Part shown: positions 24,269 to 34,007 of the stretch, piece after piece
Layout of the letters: each line of letters begins with the position of its first letter
Position numbering within the stretch: the stretch's first letter is position 1
Source: Candidatus Wolfebacteria bacterium
GTDB lineage: Bacteria; Patescibacteriota; Minisyncoccia; Phycocordibacterales; NVSU01
DNA length: 54,153 nucleotides
Direction: 5' to 3'
Assembly (NCBI GenBank): GCA_002401345.1
Contig: NVSU01000005.1
Span: forward strand, 1-54,153
Position numbers and translations under genes: made by a program
The notes under the pieces: generated by a model
Seen by the model: the letters and a program-made list of their open reading frames with translations, nothing else
Databases searched by the model: none
What the model was told of the DNA's origin: nothing

Positions 24269-25627
24269 TTATTTCAACATGGCACGTAACTGTTCTACCT
24301 CTTGTGTAAGTGATGTATCAACTTTTAAATCTTTTTTTATTTTCAAACATGAATGAATAACAGTTGTGTGGTCTTTTCCTCCAAGTTTCTGTCCTATAAG
24401 TGGATAGGACACATTGAAATCCTCTCTTAAAATATACATAACTAATTGACGTGCTTTAACAATTTCTTTTCTACGAGTTTTTTCATATATAGATGCTTCT
24501 TCAATATTATAGAAACCAGATATCACTTTAACAATTTCAGCAATAGAAACGTTTTTCTTAGGCTGAATACTGTTTTTTATAAGGGTTTTTACTTCATTAA
24601 GAGTTAAATCTCTATTTTTTAGTTGAGTCTGACAAATTACAGAGTTTAGACTCCCTTCCAATTCACGAACATTTCCCTGTATAGCTGATGCAACATATTG
24701 GATTATTTCGTCAGGTAAAATAATTTCATTTTGTAAGAGTTTAGATTTTAAAATAGCTAATCGAGACTCAAATTCAGGTTCATTAATGTCAACTATCATT
24801 CCGGCCGCAAAACGAGATTTCAATCTGTCTTCAAGGCCAGGCATATAGTTAGGATGTTTATCAGATGAGAATATAATTTGTTTGTTGTTTTCATATAATG
24901 TATTAAACAGATGAAAAAGCTCTTCCTGAGTTTTTTCCTTATTTGAAACAAACTGAATGTCATCCATTATAATGACGTCATATTTTCTGTATTTTTCCTT
25001 AAACACATTAGGTTTGTTTTTTTGAAGCGAGGTTACATAGTCTACAGCGAACTTTTCAAGTGTAATGTACAATATTTTTTTACCATCATGTTTTTCTTTT
25101 ATTGCATTTCCTATTGCTTGTATTAAATGAGTTTTTCCTAATCCAGTACCCCCATAAATAAAGAATGGATTGTAGGACATACCAGGACTTTTTACTATTG
25201 CTTGTGCAGCAGCTTGTGCAAGTTCATTAAAAGGACCTACTACAAATGAGTCGAAGGTGTATCGAGCATTGAGATTGTCTTCCTTGTTGATATATAGATC
25301 ATTAAGAGGAAGTGTACTAGTAGTGAGTAATTTACTTTCTTCAGCAAGATTTTGTTGCTTGTTTTTTATATCAATTTTATAAATAACATATTCAACACTT
25401 CTCATTTTGTGGAATATGTCACCTACTGTTTTTGTGATAAGACTGTGATATTTATTAAATAACCAATCTTTTACAAACTCATTGGGAACACCAATATGAA
25501 CAATACCTTCTTCTTCCTTTAAAATATTGGTATTTTTAAACCATGTACTAAAATTAGCTTTAGAGAGGTTTAACTCAATTTCATCAAGGCATTCAGACCA
25601 AAGTTTTTCTTTATTCATAGTAGTCAT
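24269..25627 (-). CDS. dnaA: Chromosomal replication initiator DnaA
   Basis: Walker A GGTGLGKTHL, box VII and sensor motifs, and a C-terminal DNA-binding domain (..GGKDHTTVIHSC..). Confidence 0.95.
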   Translation of the reverse strand: MTTMNKEKLWSECLDEIELNLSKANFSTWFKNTNILKEEEGIVHIGVPNEFVKDWLFNKYHSLITKTVGDIFHKMRSVEYVIYKIDIKNKQQNLAEESKLLTTSTLPLNDLYINKEDNLNARYTFDSFVVGPFNELAQAAAQAIVKSPGMSYNPFFIYGGTGLGKTHLIQAIGNAIKEKHDGKKILYITLEKFAVDYVTSLQKNKPNVFKEKYRKYDVIIMDDIQFVSNKEKTQEELFHLFNTLYENNKQIIFSSDKHPNYMPGLEDRLKSRFAAGMIVDINEPEFESRLAILKSKLLQNEIILPDEIIQYVASAIQGNVRELEGSLNSVICQTQLKNRDLTLNEVKTLIKNSIQPKKNVSIAEIVKVISGFYNIEEASIYEKTRRKEIVKARQLVMYILREDFNVSYPLIGQKLGGKDHTTVIHSCLKIKKDLKVDTSLTQEVEQLRAMLK

Positions 25628-25758
25628 ACTCTATTGTAGCTTAAAATTAATTATGATAAGAAATAAACGAAACAGCACTCTTTATCTAAGTGATTTCATT
25701 ATATAGTAATTAAACTAAATAGAAAAATTTATGAAACCTGACTTTCATGTTGATAATA

Positions 25759-25767
25759 TGTGGATAA
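25759..25767. promoter_or_regulatory. Perfect DnaA box (TGTGGATAA) upstream of dnaA
   Basis: Exact 9-mer in the dnaA / rpmH divergent intergenic region. Confidence 0.5.
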
Positions 25768-25840
25768 GAGACTACATTTTGTGGTTGATTTTTAAAATAG
25801 TACCGTATAAAAAATCAGACATGGTATAGTGTGAATATTC

Positions 25841-25869
25841 TTGTATTTTATAGTGTTCTGGTATAGAAT
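25841..25869 (+). promoter_or_regulatory. Candidate rpmH promoter (TTGTAT-N17-TAGAAT)
   Basis: Hexamers at 25841-25846 and 25864-25869, about 30 nt upstream of the rpmH ATG. Confidence 0.45.
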
Positions 25870-25901
25870 AATCTCACTATATAAATAGACTACATACTAT
25901 T

Positions 25902-26036
25902 ATGTCTCAAACATATAATCCATCACGAAAAAAAAGAAACACGACTCACGGATATCTCGTCCGGTCTTCTTCTAAGGGAGGTAAACAAATACTTAAAAAC
26001 AGAAGAAGAAAAGGTAGAAGTAAACTTTCTGTGTAG
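25902..26036 (+). CDS. rpmH: 50S ribosomal protein L34 (not in the ORF track, below the 60-aa cutoff)
   Basis: My own translation is MSQTYNPSRKKRNTTHGYLVRSSSKGGKQILKNRRRKGRSKLSV, which matches the L34 consensus. Canonical position before rnpA. Confidence 0.9.
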   Translation: MSQTYNPSRKKRNTTHGYLVRSSSKGGKQILKNRRRKGRSKLSV

Positions 26037-26070
26037 ATAGTACGTTTTTGACCTTAGAATTTAACTATCT

Positions 26071-26415
26071 ATGCGTTCTAAACAGAATAAAATATCAAGG
26101 CAGCATTTTGATGAACTTTTACGTTCAGGAAGGTCTCTACACTCCCCTCATGTCAAACTTGTATATATATTGAATGCATCTGATGTTACACATAATAAAT
26201 ATTCATTTATTATTTCAAAAAAAGTAGCAAAAAAGGCAGTACAAAGAAATAAATTAAAACGGAGAGGATATTATATTATTTCAAAAAATAAAGCATATAT
26301 TAAAGCACAGTCAGTATTATTTTTATTCTTTAAAAAAGGAGCATTAGATATAACATTCAAAGAGCTTGAAGATGAAATCACAGATTTGCTTAGAAAAGCA
26401 AAACTGCTTAAATAA
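26071..26415 (+). CDS. rnpA: Ribonuclease P protein component
   Basis: 114 aa, basic. KKAVQRNKLKRRG motif. rpmH-rnpA-yidD-yidC synteny. Confidence 0.8.
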   Translation: MRSKQNKISRQHFDELLRSGRSLHSPHVKLVYILNASDVTHNKYSFIISKKVAKKAVQRNKLKRRGYYIISKNKAYIKAQSVLFLFFKKGALDITFKELEDEITDLLRKAKLLK

Positions 26416-26426
26416 TTTTTTATACT

Positions 26427-26639
26427 ATGAAACATATATTACTTTTTTTTATAACTGGATATCAAAAATTATTTTCACCACTCTTGAAAAGGAATACATG
26501 TGCGTTTTATCCTACATGTTCACACTATGCCAAAGAAGCTATAGAGAAACACGGTGCTGCAAAAGGTTCATTAATGGCAGTTAAACGAATTGGAAGGTGT
26601 CATCCATGGCAACATGATCACATTGATCCGGTACAGTAA
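26427..26639 (+). CDS. yidD: Membrane protein insertion efficiency factor YidD
   Basis: YQKLFSPLL...C.FYPTCSHYAKEAIEKHG...RIGRCHPW. Confidence 0.85.
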   Translation: MKHILLFFITGYQKLFSPLLKRNTCAFYPTCSHYAKEAIEKHGAAKGSLMAVKRIGRCHPWQHDHIDPVQ

Positions 26640-26647
26640 GAGTGTAT

Positions 26648-26674
26648 AAAAAAGCCTCCTCGGAGGCTTTTTTA
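26648..26674 (+). terminator. Rho-independent terminator
   Basis: agcctcc-tc-ggaggct stem followed by TTTTTT. Confidence 0.6.
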
Positions 26675-26719
26675 TTATGTCTTTTGATTTATTTGTATAT
26701 TTAATATACAATCAAAAAC

Positions 26720-27469
26720 ATGATAAGAGCTATATGGACAACATTATTTTTTGATCCTTTGCAGAATGCGCTCGCATTTCTTACCTCAGTTGTTCCTGGG
26801 GGGGATATCGGTATAGCAGTTATTCTTTTGACCGTTATTGTAAAGCTTATACTTGCGCCACTTAGTAGAAAATCTATTAAAAGCCAGGCTCAATTGAAGA
26901 TACTCGATCCTGAAATAAAGAAGATTAAAGAGGAGTATAAGGATAAAGAGGAACAAGCTCGAAAAACATTTGAGCTCTATAAGAAACATAAAGTAAACCC
27001 TTTTTCTGGGTGTTTACTCATTTTAATTCAATTGCCTATTATTTTGGCGCTCTATTTTGTTTTCTTAAAAGGATTAGATTTTACAGGAGGAAATTTTTAT
27101 TCTTTCATCTCCGTTCCAGAAACGTTTAATGTAAACTTTCTAGGATTGATAGATATGCAGAGTAGGAGTCTCTTGCTCGGTCTTTTAGCTGGTGTAACTC
27201 AATTCTTCCAAATAAAACTATCCGCTCCCAAAATTGCTTCAAACTCAAATCAACAGGGATCATTTATGGATAAGGTCACAAAGAACATGAGTGTACAGAT
27301 GAAATATTTTATGCCAATTTTTGTTGCGGTAATTGCATATCAAATTTCAGCTGCGGTTGCATTATATTGGGTTACAAGTAATAGTTTTGCGATTGTTCAA
27401 GAGATTCTTATACGAAGAAAGATGAAATCAACATCAGACAAGAATACACTCGCTCTTAAAGAAGCCTAA
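26720..27469 (+). CDS. yidC: Membrane protein insertase YidC, short monoderm type
   Basis: 249 aa. KLILAPL..KS, KVNPFSGCLLILIQLPI. No large periplasmic P1 domain. Confidence 0.85.
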   Translation: MIRAIWTTLFFDPLQNALAFLTSVVPGGDIGIAVILLTVIVKLILAPLSRKSIKSQAQLKILDPEIKKIKEEYKDKEEQARKTFELYKKHKVNPFSGCLLILIQLPIILALYFVFLKGLDFTGGNFYSFISVPETFNVNFLGLIDMQSRSLLLGLLAGVTQFFQIKLSAPKIASNSNQQGSFMDKVTKNMSVQMKYFMPIFVAVIAYQISAAVALYWVTSNSFAIVQEILIRRKMKSTSDKNTLALKEA

Positions 27470-27479
27470 CAAAACGATT

Positions 27480-27971
27480 ATGGATACTACAGAAATGAAA
27501 AAAATAATAGAAAGCTTGGTAGATATGACCACATTCAACGTGGATGAAATGAGTACTTCATATGATGAAGGTAAAAATCAACTGTGGTGTTCTGTAAAGA
27601 CGAATGAAGCAAAATATTTTATAGGAAGAAATGGCGAGACGATTATGGCACTTAATCATATTGCGAGACGTATTATCGATAAAAAGAGCTCAGTTGGCGC
27701 GTCAGCCCCTTTGGATAGAAAAGAAATGACATCTATCACTATAGATGTAAACAATTTCCAAAAGAAAAGAATAGACAATGTGAATGCAATGGCTCATATG
27801 ATGGCTGAACGAGCACGATATTTTAAGAGTAATGTTGAATGTGAACCCATGTCTTCATATGAAAGACGCATAGTTCATGAATTCTTGTCGGATCTACCCG
27901 ATATAGAAACAGAATCAACGGGTGAAGGAAAGGATAGACGTGTAGTAATAAAATTTTCTTCAGGAATATAA
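27480..27971 (+). CDS. Jag/KhpB-like KH plus R3H RNA-binding protein
   Basis: FIGRNGETIMALNHI (KH-like) and ERRIVHEFL (R3H). Canonical position after yidC. Confidence 0.7.
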   Translation: MDTTEMKKIIESLVDMTTFNVDEMSTSYDEGKNQLWCSVKTNEAKYFIGRNGETIMALNHIARRIIDKKSSVGASAPLDRKEMTSITIDVNNFQKKRIDNVNAMAHMMAERARYFKSNVECEPMSSYERRIVHEFLSDLPDIETESTGEGKDRRVVIKFSSGI

Positions 27972-28000
27972 AAACAGTCTCATATATGAGACTGTTTTTT
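27970..28000. terminator. Bidirectional terminator between convergent operons
   Basis: cagtctcat-at-atgagactg palindrome flanked by AAAAA and TTTTTT. Confidence 0.7.
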
Positions 28001-29522
28001 AATTAAGTGTGAGTGACCAAAGGTATGAATCGTTTTTATTTATGAATGTAAGATAGTTGTTGTCATGGGAGAGCGAAAGATTAGTTCCATCAATGTCTTC
28101 TCCAGCGTCAACTAATGGAGTGGCGAGTATAGTAGCTCTGTCGGTGAGTACATTTATCTCCCATAATGCATCTGAAAAACTAATTGCACCCTGATACCAG
28201 CTGTCAGGATAGACTGCTGACCCAATAGAGGTTGGCACTGAACAAAAGACTGTGATACTCGAAGATGACCACGTACATTTCTCAGGTAATGTAGCTACTG
28301 AAAATCGAGTTGATTGCCGGGTGTCTGTATTATACAAATATGTTTGTATAGAATTATCTAATGACTCGCTATAGAGAATAAGTTTTCCATTGGGACTTGT
28401 AAGAGTGGTAAGACCTGCGATGTCTCCTAGAAGTTTATCGAATGATTCTGTGTCAGGATCAAGTCTATAGGCAAATCCATGAACTAATCCAGAAGCTTTT
28501 GTAGTTAGTGTGATCATGCGGTCATTTGCCCACTGAGATATCCACTCAGAAAATTCTGAAATAAATATTTGTTTTTTGTTTTTGTTCTCAAATGTTGAGG
28601 TGAGTCCTATTGTATTAGGGCCAATTGTATTCATATAAAAGAATGATGATGAATCAGGTGACGCTGATATAGTAGAAACATTTTGAGGAAGAAATATTCC
28701 ATCGAGCTCACGTACACGGTCAGATTGTGTTTCTTCCTCCAGTATCCCTGAGAAAGACTCAATGGTTGATCTGTTGCTGCTTATATATCGAAGTACTATT
28801 GAATCTCCATTATTACCAAAGACCACTTCTTGTATCTTAGGAATTGTTGTATTTGAAATCTTTCTTTCTGAAATATCATCGAGAAATGTCTCATATATAT
28901 GACCGCTCGATTTTTTTACATATCGTACTGCAGCAACTGTTTCTATTTGAGGTCCATTTATTCCCTGGAATGCATTCAATGCAGCAAATGTATTTTTTCC
29001 AGCTATTCCATCGGCTACTAAGTTATTATTTTTTTGGAATGCTATAACTGCTGCTCTTGTTGATTCATCATATTCTCCAGAGAGTTCTAAATTGGGAGAT
29101 GGATCTTGTCTGTTTAATATTGTCTGAATGCTTTGTATTTCCTCTCCAGTACTTCCTAGACGCATAGTTTTAAATGATGAGACATCGATTGGCTGTTCGA
29201 TTTCCTCTTCTTTCTCGAGCACACGCTCTTTTGTGATTGTTGTCGCACCTGCTACTGCAAAAGATGATATTTTTGTAAGTTTTGAAATTATAGGCGCAGT
29301 TGTTGGGATTTCAATTTCAGTCACATCTATAATTTCTTCTTCTGGTTGGGTGACATCTATGAAGTCTTCTTTTTCTTCTCGTGAGCCAAACGGTAAAAAG
29401 TCTCTCATTTTAATCTCTTGCGCCTGTCTTTGGGAGCGTCCTTGAATAAGGGCTGCAATTGAGAATATTATGGCAAGCCCGACTATGATTGAAATTATTA
29501 TTATGATTGTTTTCTTAGGCAT
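27999..29522 (-). CDS. Membrane-anchored protein with a peptidoglycan-binding domain and a beta-rich C-terminal domain
   Basis: N-terminal TM. GSTGEEIQSIQTILN...DESTRAAVIAFQKNNNLVADGIAGKNTFAAL resembles the PG_binding_1 domain. Last gene of the T4SS-like operon. Confidence 0.6.
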   Translation of the reverse strand: MPKKTIIIIISIIVGLAIIFSIAALIQGRSQRQAQEIKMRDFLPFGSREEKEDFIDVTQPEEEIIDVTEIEIPTTAPIISKLTKISSFAVAGATTITKERVLEKEEEIEQPIDVSSFKTMRLGSTGEEIQSIQTILNRQDPSPNLELSGEYDESTRAAVIAFQKNNNLVADGIAGKNTFAALNAFQGINGPQIETVAAVRYVKKSSGHIYETFLDDISERKISNTTIPKIQEVVFGNNGDSIVLRYISSNRSTIESFSGILEEETQSDRVRELDGIFLPQNVSTISASPDSSSFFYMNTIGPNTIGLTSTFENKNKKQIFISEFSEWISQWANDRMITLTTKASGLVHGFAYRLDPDTESFDKLLGDIAGLTTLTSPNGKLILYSESLDNSIQTYLYNTDTRQSTRFSVATLPEKCTWSSSSITVFCSVPTSIGSAVYPDSWYQGAISFSDALWEINVLTDRATILATPLVDAGEDIDGTNLSLSHDNNYLTFINKNDSYLWSLTLN

Positions 29523-29540
29523 ATATAAATCAGTTTATCA

Positions 29541-32261
29541 TTAAAAATCAACTATTAAATTTCCTCCTTCTGCGCCAAATTTACTAAAGTGCATAGGATC
29601 TTTTTTTCCGGTCCAATTACCTCCCCATCCCCAACCCTCTGTTGTATTTGCAAATAGTTGCCAAAAAGGAGGATTTTGACCATCCATGTCTGTTTTTAGT
29701 TTTGTTTTAAATGGGTTTGTTTTTTGATTTATATCGAGTGCGAGTCCAAATGCATGTATAGACATTTTATCAGTTCCCCTAATAATACGACAACTGAAAC
29801 TCCCGATAGTATTTACCTTATAGTAATTATTGCCTCCCAAATTTTTCCACCTTTGATCTATTGCAGTTAAACTTTTAACTACACCTTTGTGTACAGTCAC
29901 TTGTTTTTCGAATAACGTAATGGTTTGCAAGTCTCCTCGTATGTCTGCACAATTATTACTTGTATTTGAGTTCAATAATACAGATGATCCATCTTTATTT
30001 ATTACTGCAAGTGATGTTCCTCTTGTAACACCAAACCCCGGTTCATTTTTTGGATCAATATTTATAAAGGCCTTTCTAATACCAAGATTCAAATTAACCA
30101 AGTCGGGATTTATAGTGAAGAGTATTGCAAAGGCACCGAGCGCAAGAAGAAGGCCTCCAATTGCTGATGTTATCCTCTTTTTCGCCTCACCCTTTGCAAG
30201 TATAGATTCTTCCATCATGTATTGGATTCCACCCATAACAATCATGACAACTGCGAGCACACCTGCTATTCCAATTAATAGTTTAAATATAAGTTCGAAA
30301 TATTTACCAAGCTTATCAGCAGATGTATCGATAGTTCCATCTGTACCAGGTAAGGGTGCTAAAAGAGTATACGGACCACTTAGATCAAATGTTATATCTC
30401 CAGGCAGGGGACCAATTTCGGGTGATTCGATTTTTTCTAAGGACCAATCCTGCCAACATCCACCTCCTAGAAGTGATACATCAGCTGAAGAGGGGTCGCA
30501 ATTATAGTTGAGTTCCCCATTTGGTTTTCCTTGAGATATGTATGTAGCAATAGGAGCTGGTCCTGTGACCTTAATATAGTATTGACACTCTGGACTCCCT
30601 GCTCTGTCACACTCGTCTTCTCCTGCAAGGAGACTTATAATTGTCTTTTCTAGAAAAGAACCCTTGTCTTCCGGTATTATTTTTATAATTCCATCATCGC
30701 CGATTGTATCATCTACAATGTTATCTCCAGCTGCAATAAATGTATCATCCTCCCATATTGAGACGCTTAATTCTTGTCCGACACAATTGATAGTTTCTAT
30801 CTCAAGATTGACTTTTGGATGGTTTGCATCATCAAAAAAAGTATCTTCGTTAACATGACTGGGGCTAAATTCAGCAGATACAACACTACATTGACCAGTC
30901 AATGCTGCATCAGGAATTTCATCAGGAGAGTTAACTTGTACACACTCACTCACGGCTGCGATGGTTATACCGTACGCACCACTAGTAACAATGTTTTCTA
31001 TAGCTGCCGAGCATTCATCTCTTGTATCAAATCCTCCTTCTGAGGTGATTTGCGAATTAAAATCTATTTTTTTAAACCACCATTTTAATCCTCCAATAAC
31101 TTTCCATCCAGTTCCACATAGACCATCACAATCGTACGATATAGTTCCATCAGCTTTTCGCTTAGAAGAAAATTCTTCAATACCGCTTCCTGTTATTTTT
31201 GCATAATATGATGCATCTGGATCAACAGATAAATCACCCTGGAAGTCTCCTGCCCTTAATTTTATTTCTAGTTTATTATTTAGAGGAACTTTGATATTTC
31301 CAATGGTTTTTGCAATATCATCATCTGAGTCATCGGTTTCATCAGTTTCATTATCTATTTCCCATAATCGAATAAATATCAACTCATCTTCACAATTGCG
31401 TGTCTCGATAGTGAGGAGAACTTCAGGCTGATTATCTTCATCCATGAAACTTGTTTTAGGGGGAGGGTTTGTGTCATCAGATGGAGTAAATGTTGCTGAT
31501 AAGATTTTACATACAGTAGTAGTGTCTGCGAGCGCATCGGTGAGTAAAGACAATACTATCCCTTCTCTGTCTCCACCAGTATTATTTCCAAGCAATTTAA
31601 AAAAATATGTTTTATTCGGGTTGAGATTTGTAATAGTTTCGCTAATATTTCCAGAGCCATTTCCGCGGGATATAAGATTGGTTGTGCTGGATGGAGTGTT
31701 GTTCTCATTAAATATTTGGGACCCAGATTTTATTGTTCCATATTCAAATGCTGTATCCACCCCGTCTTTTTTAAAGCCATTGTCACTCCAAAAACCATTT
31801 AATGTTGCAGAAGTTGTAGTTACATTTGTTGCTGAAAATGTTTTGATAATTGGAGGAGGTGCCAGTGTTACAAATTGATGCGGTGGGTCAACAAATATTT
31901 GTGCGGGTGAAATCGCATCATTTTTAACAGTGAAATAGTAGAGAGTGTCCGAGTCAAGTGCAGTTAGGTTTTTAGTTATAGGGATGCCTTGTGCAGCTAT
32001 GGAACCTTTAAATACAGAGGCTTTTTGAGTGAGCGAGGATTTGCTTGTTCCATAATATATATTTATATCTACATCAATTCCTCCTGATGGAAATAGATTA
32101 AAATTAATTCGTGCCGAATTATGAGTTTCTTCAGTTACTGACAGATTGATTATTTGCCCCTGCGCAAAAGCTGTAGAATGAGCCGCGAAAAAAAATACAA
32201 CCATCAGTGCTACGAGAAGAATAGTACGATATATGGTTGTCGGATGAAAAGAAAATCTCAT
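29541..32261 (-). CDS. Multidomain secreted/membrane protein: FN3-like modules, two Cys-containing repeats, a T4SS-pilin-like 2-TM module and an M15 (LAS-family) peptidase
   Basis: LLAPLPG...LIGIAGVLAVVMIVMGGIQYM...AIGGLLLALGAFAILFTINP resembles the CPR TrbC/VirB2-like pilin module. The C-terminal HAFGLALDIN...WGWGGNW...DPMHF resembles M15 / VanY-type metallopeptidases. Confidence 0.6.
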   Translation of the reverse strand: MRFSFHPTTIYRTILLVALMVVFFFAAHSTAFAQGQIINLSVTEETHNSARINFNLFPSGGIDVDINIYYGTSKSSLTQKASVFKGSIAAQGIPITKNLTALDSDTLYYFTVKNDAISPAQIFVDPPHQFVTLAPPPIIKTFSATNVTTTSATLNGFWSDNGFKKDGVDTAFEYGTIKSGSQIFNENNTPSSTTNLISRGNGSGNISETITNLNPNKTYFFKLLGNNTGGDREGIVLSLLTDALADTTTVCKILSATFTPSDDTNPPPKTSFMDEDNQPEVLLTIETRNCEDELIFIRLWEIDNETDETDDSDDDIAKTIGNIKVPLNNKLEIKLRAGDFQGDLSVDPDASYYAKITGSGIEEFSSKRKADGTISYDCDGLCGTGWKVIGGLKWWFKKIDFNSQITSEGGFDTRDECSAAIENIVTSGAYGITIAAVSECVQVNSPDEIPDAALTGQCSVVSAEFSPSHVNEDTFFDDANHPKVNLEIETINCVGQELSVSIWEDDTFIAAGDNIVDDTIGDDGIIKIIPEDKGSFLEKTIISLLAGEDECDRAGSPECQYYIKVTGPAPIATYISQGKPNGELNYNCDPSSADVSLLGGGCWQDWSLEKIESPEIGPLPGDITFDLSGPYTLLAPLPGTDGTIDTSADKLGKYFELIFKLLIGIAGVLAVVMIVMGGIQYMMEESILAKGEAKKRITSAIGGLLLALGAFAILFTINPDLVNLNLGIRKAFINIDPKNEPGFGVTRGTSLAVINKDGSSVLLNSNTSNNCADIRGDLQTITLFEKQVTVHKGVVKSLTAIDQRWKNLGGNNYYKVNTIGSFSCRIIRGTDKMSIHAFGLALDINQKTNPFKTKLKTDMDGQNPPFWQLFANTTEGWGWGGNWTGKKDPMHFSKFGAEGGNLIVDF

Positions 32262-32264
32262 ATA

Positions 32265-33260
32265 TTATCTATTGAGGAACATACTAAATAAAGATGAATC
32301 TGATTGGAAAAGTTTTGAAAGACTTTTTATACCTAATGAAATCTCTGCTACACCTCCTGTGTCTCGGTCAAATTGAAGTGACAGTACATTTTTTGTAGAC
32401 TGTGTTTGAGTTGTTTCATTATTGAGCTTCCAGGAATAAATGAAATCAGAGTCGACTGCATTTTTAGATGAGAAAAAGAATGGTTCTGCGACAATTGTCA
32501 CTTGATTTGTGCGCGGTGTAAAGCCTCTGTCGAGTGAAAAGGTATAATTTGTTCCTTCTAGTTCAGAGTCTTCATAAAAAAGAATTTGAGGAGAACGCAA
32601 TTGAATTGCGACTTGTCCTAATCCTTTTGAGCTTTGATTTAATCTTGAGACTTCAACCCCAATGGTCTCTACGTCGTCCAAATAGTCATTTTTAAATGTG
32701 TAACTTTTTCTGCCAAACCCCGAGCTATTTTGAATGTTCTGAAAATTCTTTTTCCAATTATAGACCAAGTCAGATGACTTGATTTGACTTGACCCTAGTG
32801 AGAGTGAAGGTAGTGCAACTACTTTTATTTGAGTTTCAGATGTAGGGAGGGCTTTTCCTTTATAAAATGGTGGCACATAAGAATCTATTGCTTCCCACAA
32901 AAGATCTACGCTCGTTGGCCTAATTGTTATCTGCTTTGTGATGAGCTTTCCTGTGCTCACTGTGATGGCGATATCTACAAGGGTAGTTGATCCCAGAGCA
33001 CCAGATTTTACCGTAAAACTTTTTCTACCGATACCTTGCAACTTTGTATTTCCGTCTACTTTCCATGTAATAGACGCCCTATTTAAATCAAAACTAAACG
33101 TCGAAACTGTAATGGAAACGTCTTCAAATGCATCAGGAGAGCTCGGGAAAAGAGATACTGCAACAGTACTGTCTTGAGTCTGTCCAAAGGAGACCAATGG
33201 CATTAATAATGCCAGTAGTACAAGTAGTGTATATATAGAGTTGTGTAGACGCATATTCAT
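32265..33260 (-). CDS. Secreted hypothetical protein
   Basis: 331 aa with a signal-like N-terminus, beta-rich. No family recognised. Confidence 0.5.
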   Translation of the reverse strand: MNMRLHNSIYTLLVLLALLMPLVSFGQTQDSTVAVSLFPSSPDAFEDVSITVSTFSFDLNRASITWKVDGNTKLQGIGRKSFTVKSGALGSTTLVDIAITVSTGKLITKQITIRPTSVDLLWEAIDSYVPPFYKGKALPTSETQIKVVALPSLSLGSSQIKSSDLVYNWKKNFQNIQNSSGFGRKSYTFKNDYLDDVETIGVEVSRLNQSSKGLGQVAIQLRSPQILFYEDSELEGTNYTFSLDRGFTPRTNQVTIVAEPFFFSSKNAVDSDFIYSWKLNNETTQTQSTKNVLSLQFDRDTGGVAEISLGIKSLSKLFQSDSSLFSMFLNR

Positions 33261-33263
33261 TAT

Positions 33264-33941
33264 TTATTCTAGTTCTTTGTGAGCCTCTTCTTCCAGTTTC
33301 TTTATTTCTTCTTCCAGTATTTCAATTTTTTTGATTTCATCTTGAAGTTTTGTGTCTATGTGTTGCAGATCTTTGATTTCTTTTATGTCTTGTCCGAGCT
33401 CTTCCTTTAATTTTTTTAATGTGTCGAGTCCGGCGCGAACATCACTCTCATCATTTTGAATTTTAGATAGTATTTTATCGTGAAGTGCTTGTAGGTCATC
33501 CACTTTCTTCTTAAAGTTCGTTAGTTGTATTTCGGGGATACTCGTATCCGCTATAGACCCTATCTCTTTTTCTACTTGTGCCTCTAATTCTTTTATTTCA
33601 GTAGCAGTATCCTCTCCAGTCCGCTTCGACGAAGCTTCAGCGAGGCGAGTTGATGGAGGGGTCGCTACCTCTTCACTGGGTACAGGCTGTGTGGCAGTTT
33701 CAGGGATAATTATGTTATCAGCGTCTCCGCCAGCCCGCTTCGACTCAGCGAGGCGAGCTGGTGGATGAGTCTCTTCTGCTTTATCAGGTGTTGGTTGTGC
33801 AGGTGGTGGTACATTTGCATCAGCCTGCTCAGATGGCGCAGTTGTTTCTTTGGATGGTTGATTTTCATCAACAAATTCTACGTCAGGCGTAGTATCGGCA
33901 GTTGTATCAGTTGGAATTATTTTATTGTTATCATCATTCAT
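33264..33941 (-). CDS. Acidic Pro-rich / coiled-coil protein carrying two in-frame palindromic elements
   Basis: 225 aa, no signal peptide. PPARLAESKRAGG and PPSTRLAEASSKRTGE are encoded by the GC-rich palindromes. The C-terminal heptad-like EEEIKKLEEE is shared with the VirB4 tail. Confidence 0.5.
   Translation of the reverse strand: MNDDNNKIIPTDTTADTTPDVEFVDENQPSKETTAPSEQADANVPPPAQPTPDKAEETHPPARLAESKRAGGDADNIIIPETATQPVPSEEVATPPSTRLAEASSKRTGEDTATEIKELEAQVEKEIGSIADTSIPEIQLTNFKKKVDDLQALHDKILSKIQNDESDVRAGLDTLKKLKEELGQDIKEIKDLQHIDTKLQDEIKKIEILEEEIKKLEEEAHKELE
33614..33658. repeat. In-frame GC-rich palindromic element, copy with degenerate outer arms
   Basis: Core ccgcttcgacgaagcttcagcgaggcga is identical to the reverse complement of the core at 34239-34266. 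Confidence 0.8.
33727..33764. repeat. In-frame GC-rich palindromic element, 38-nt variant
   Basis: ccgccagc-ccgcttcgactcagcgaggcga-gctggtgg. Lacks the central 6 nt (gaagct) relative to the 44-nt form. Confidence 0.8.
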
Positions 33942-34007
33942 TATATTGTAAGGTTATTTTTTAATACTATTATTATATCAGTTTAATTCTTAAGAAAATA
34001 ATACGGA

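Noticed and set aside
25731-25748. Small palindrome ATGAAAcctgacTTTCAT upstream of dnaA, and several other 5-7 bp hairpins in AT-rich spacers.
   Set aside because: They are short, unique and expected by chance in AT-rich intergenic DNA. No associated U-run or repeat family.
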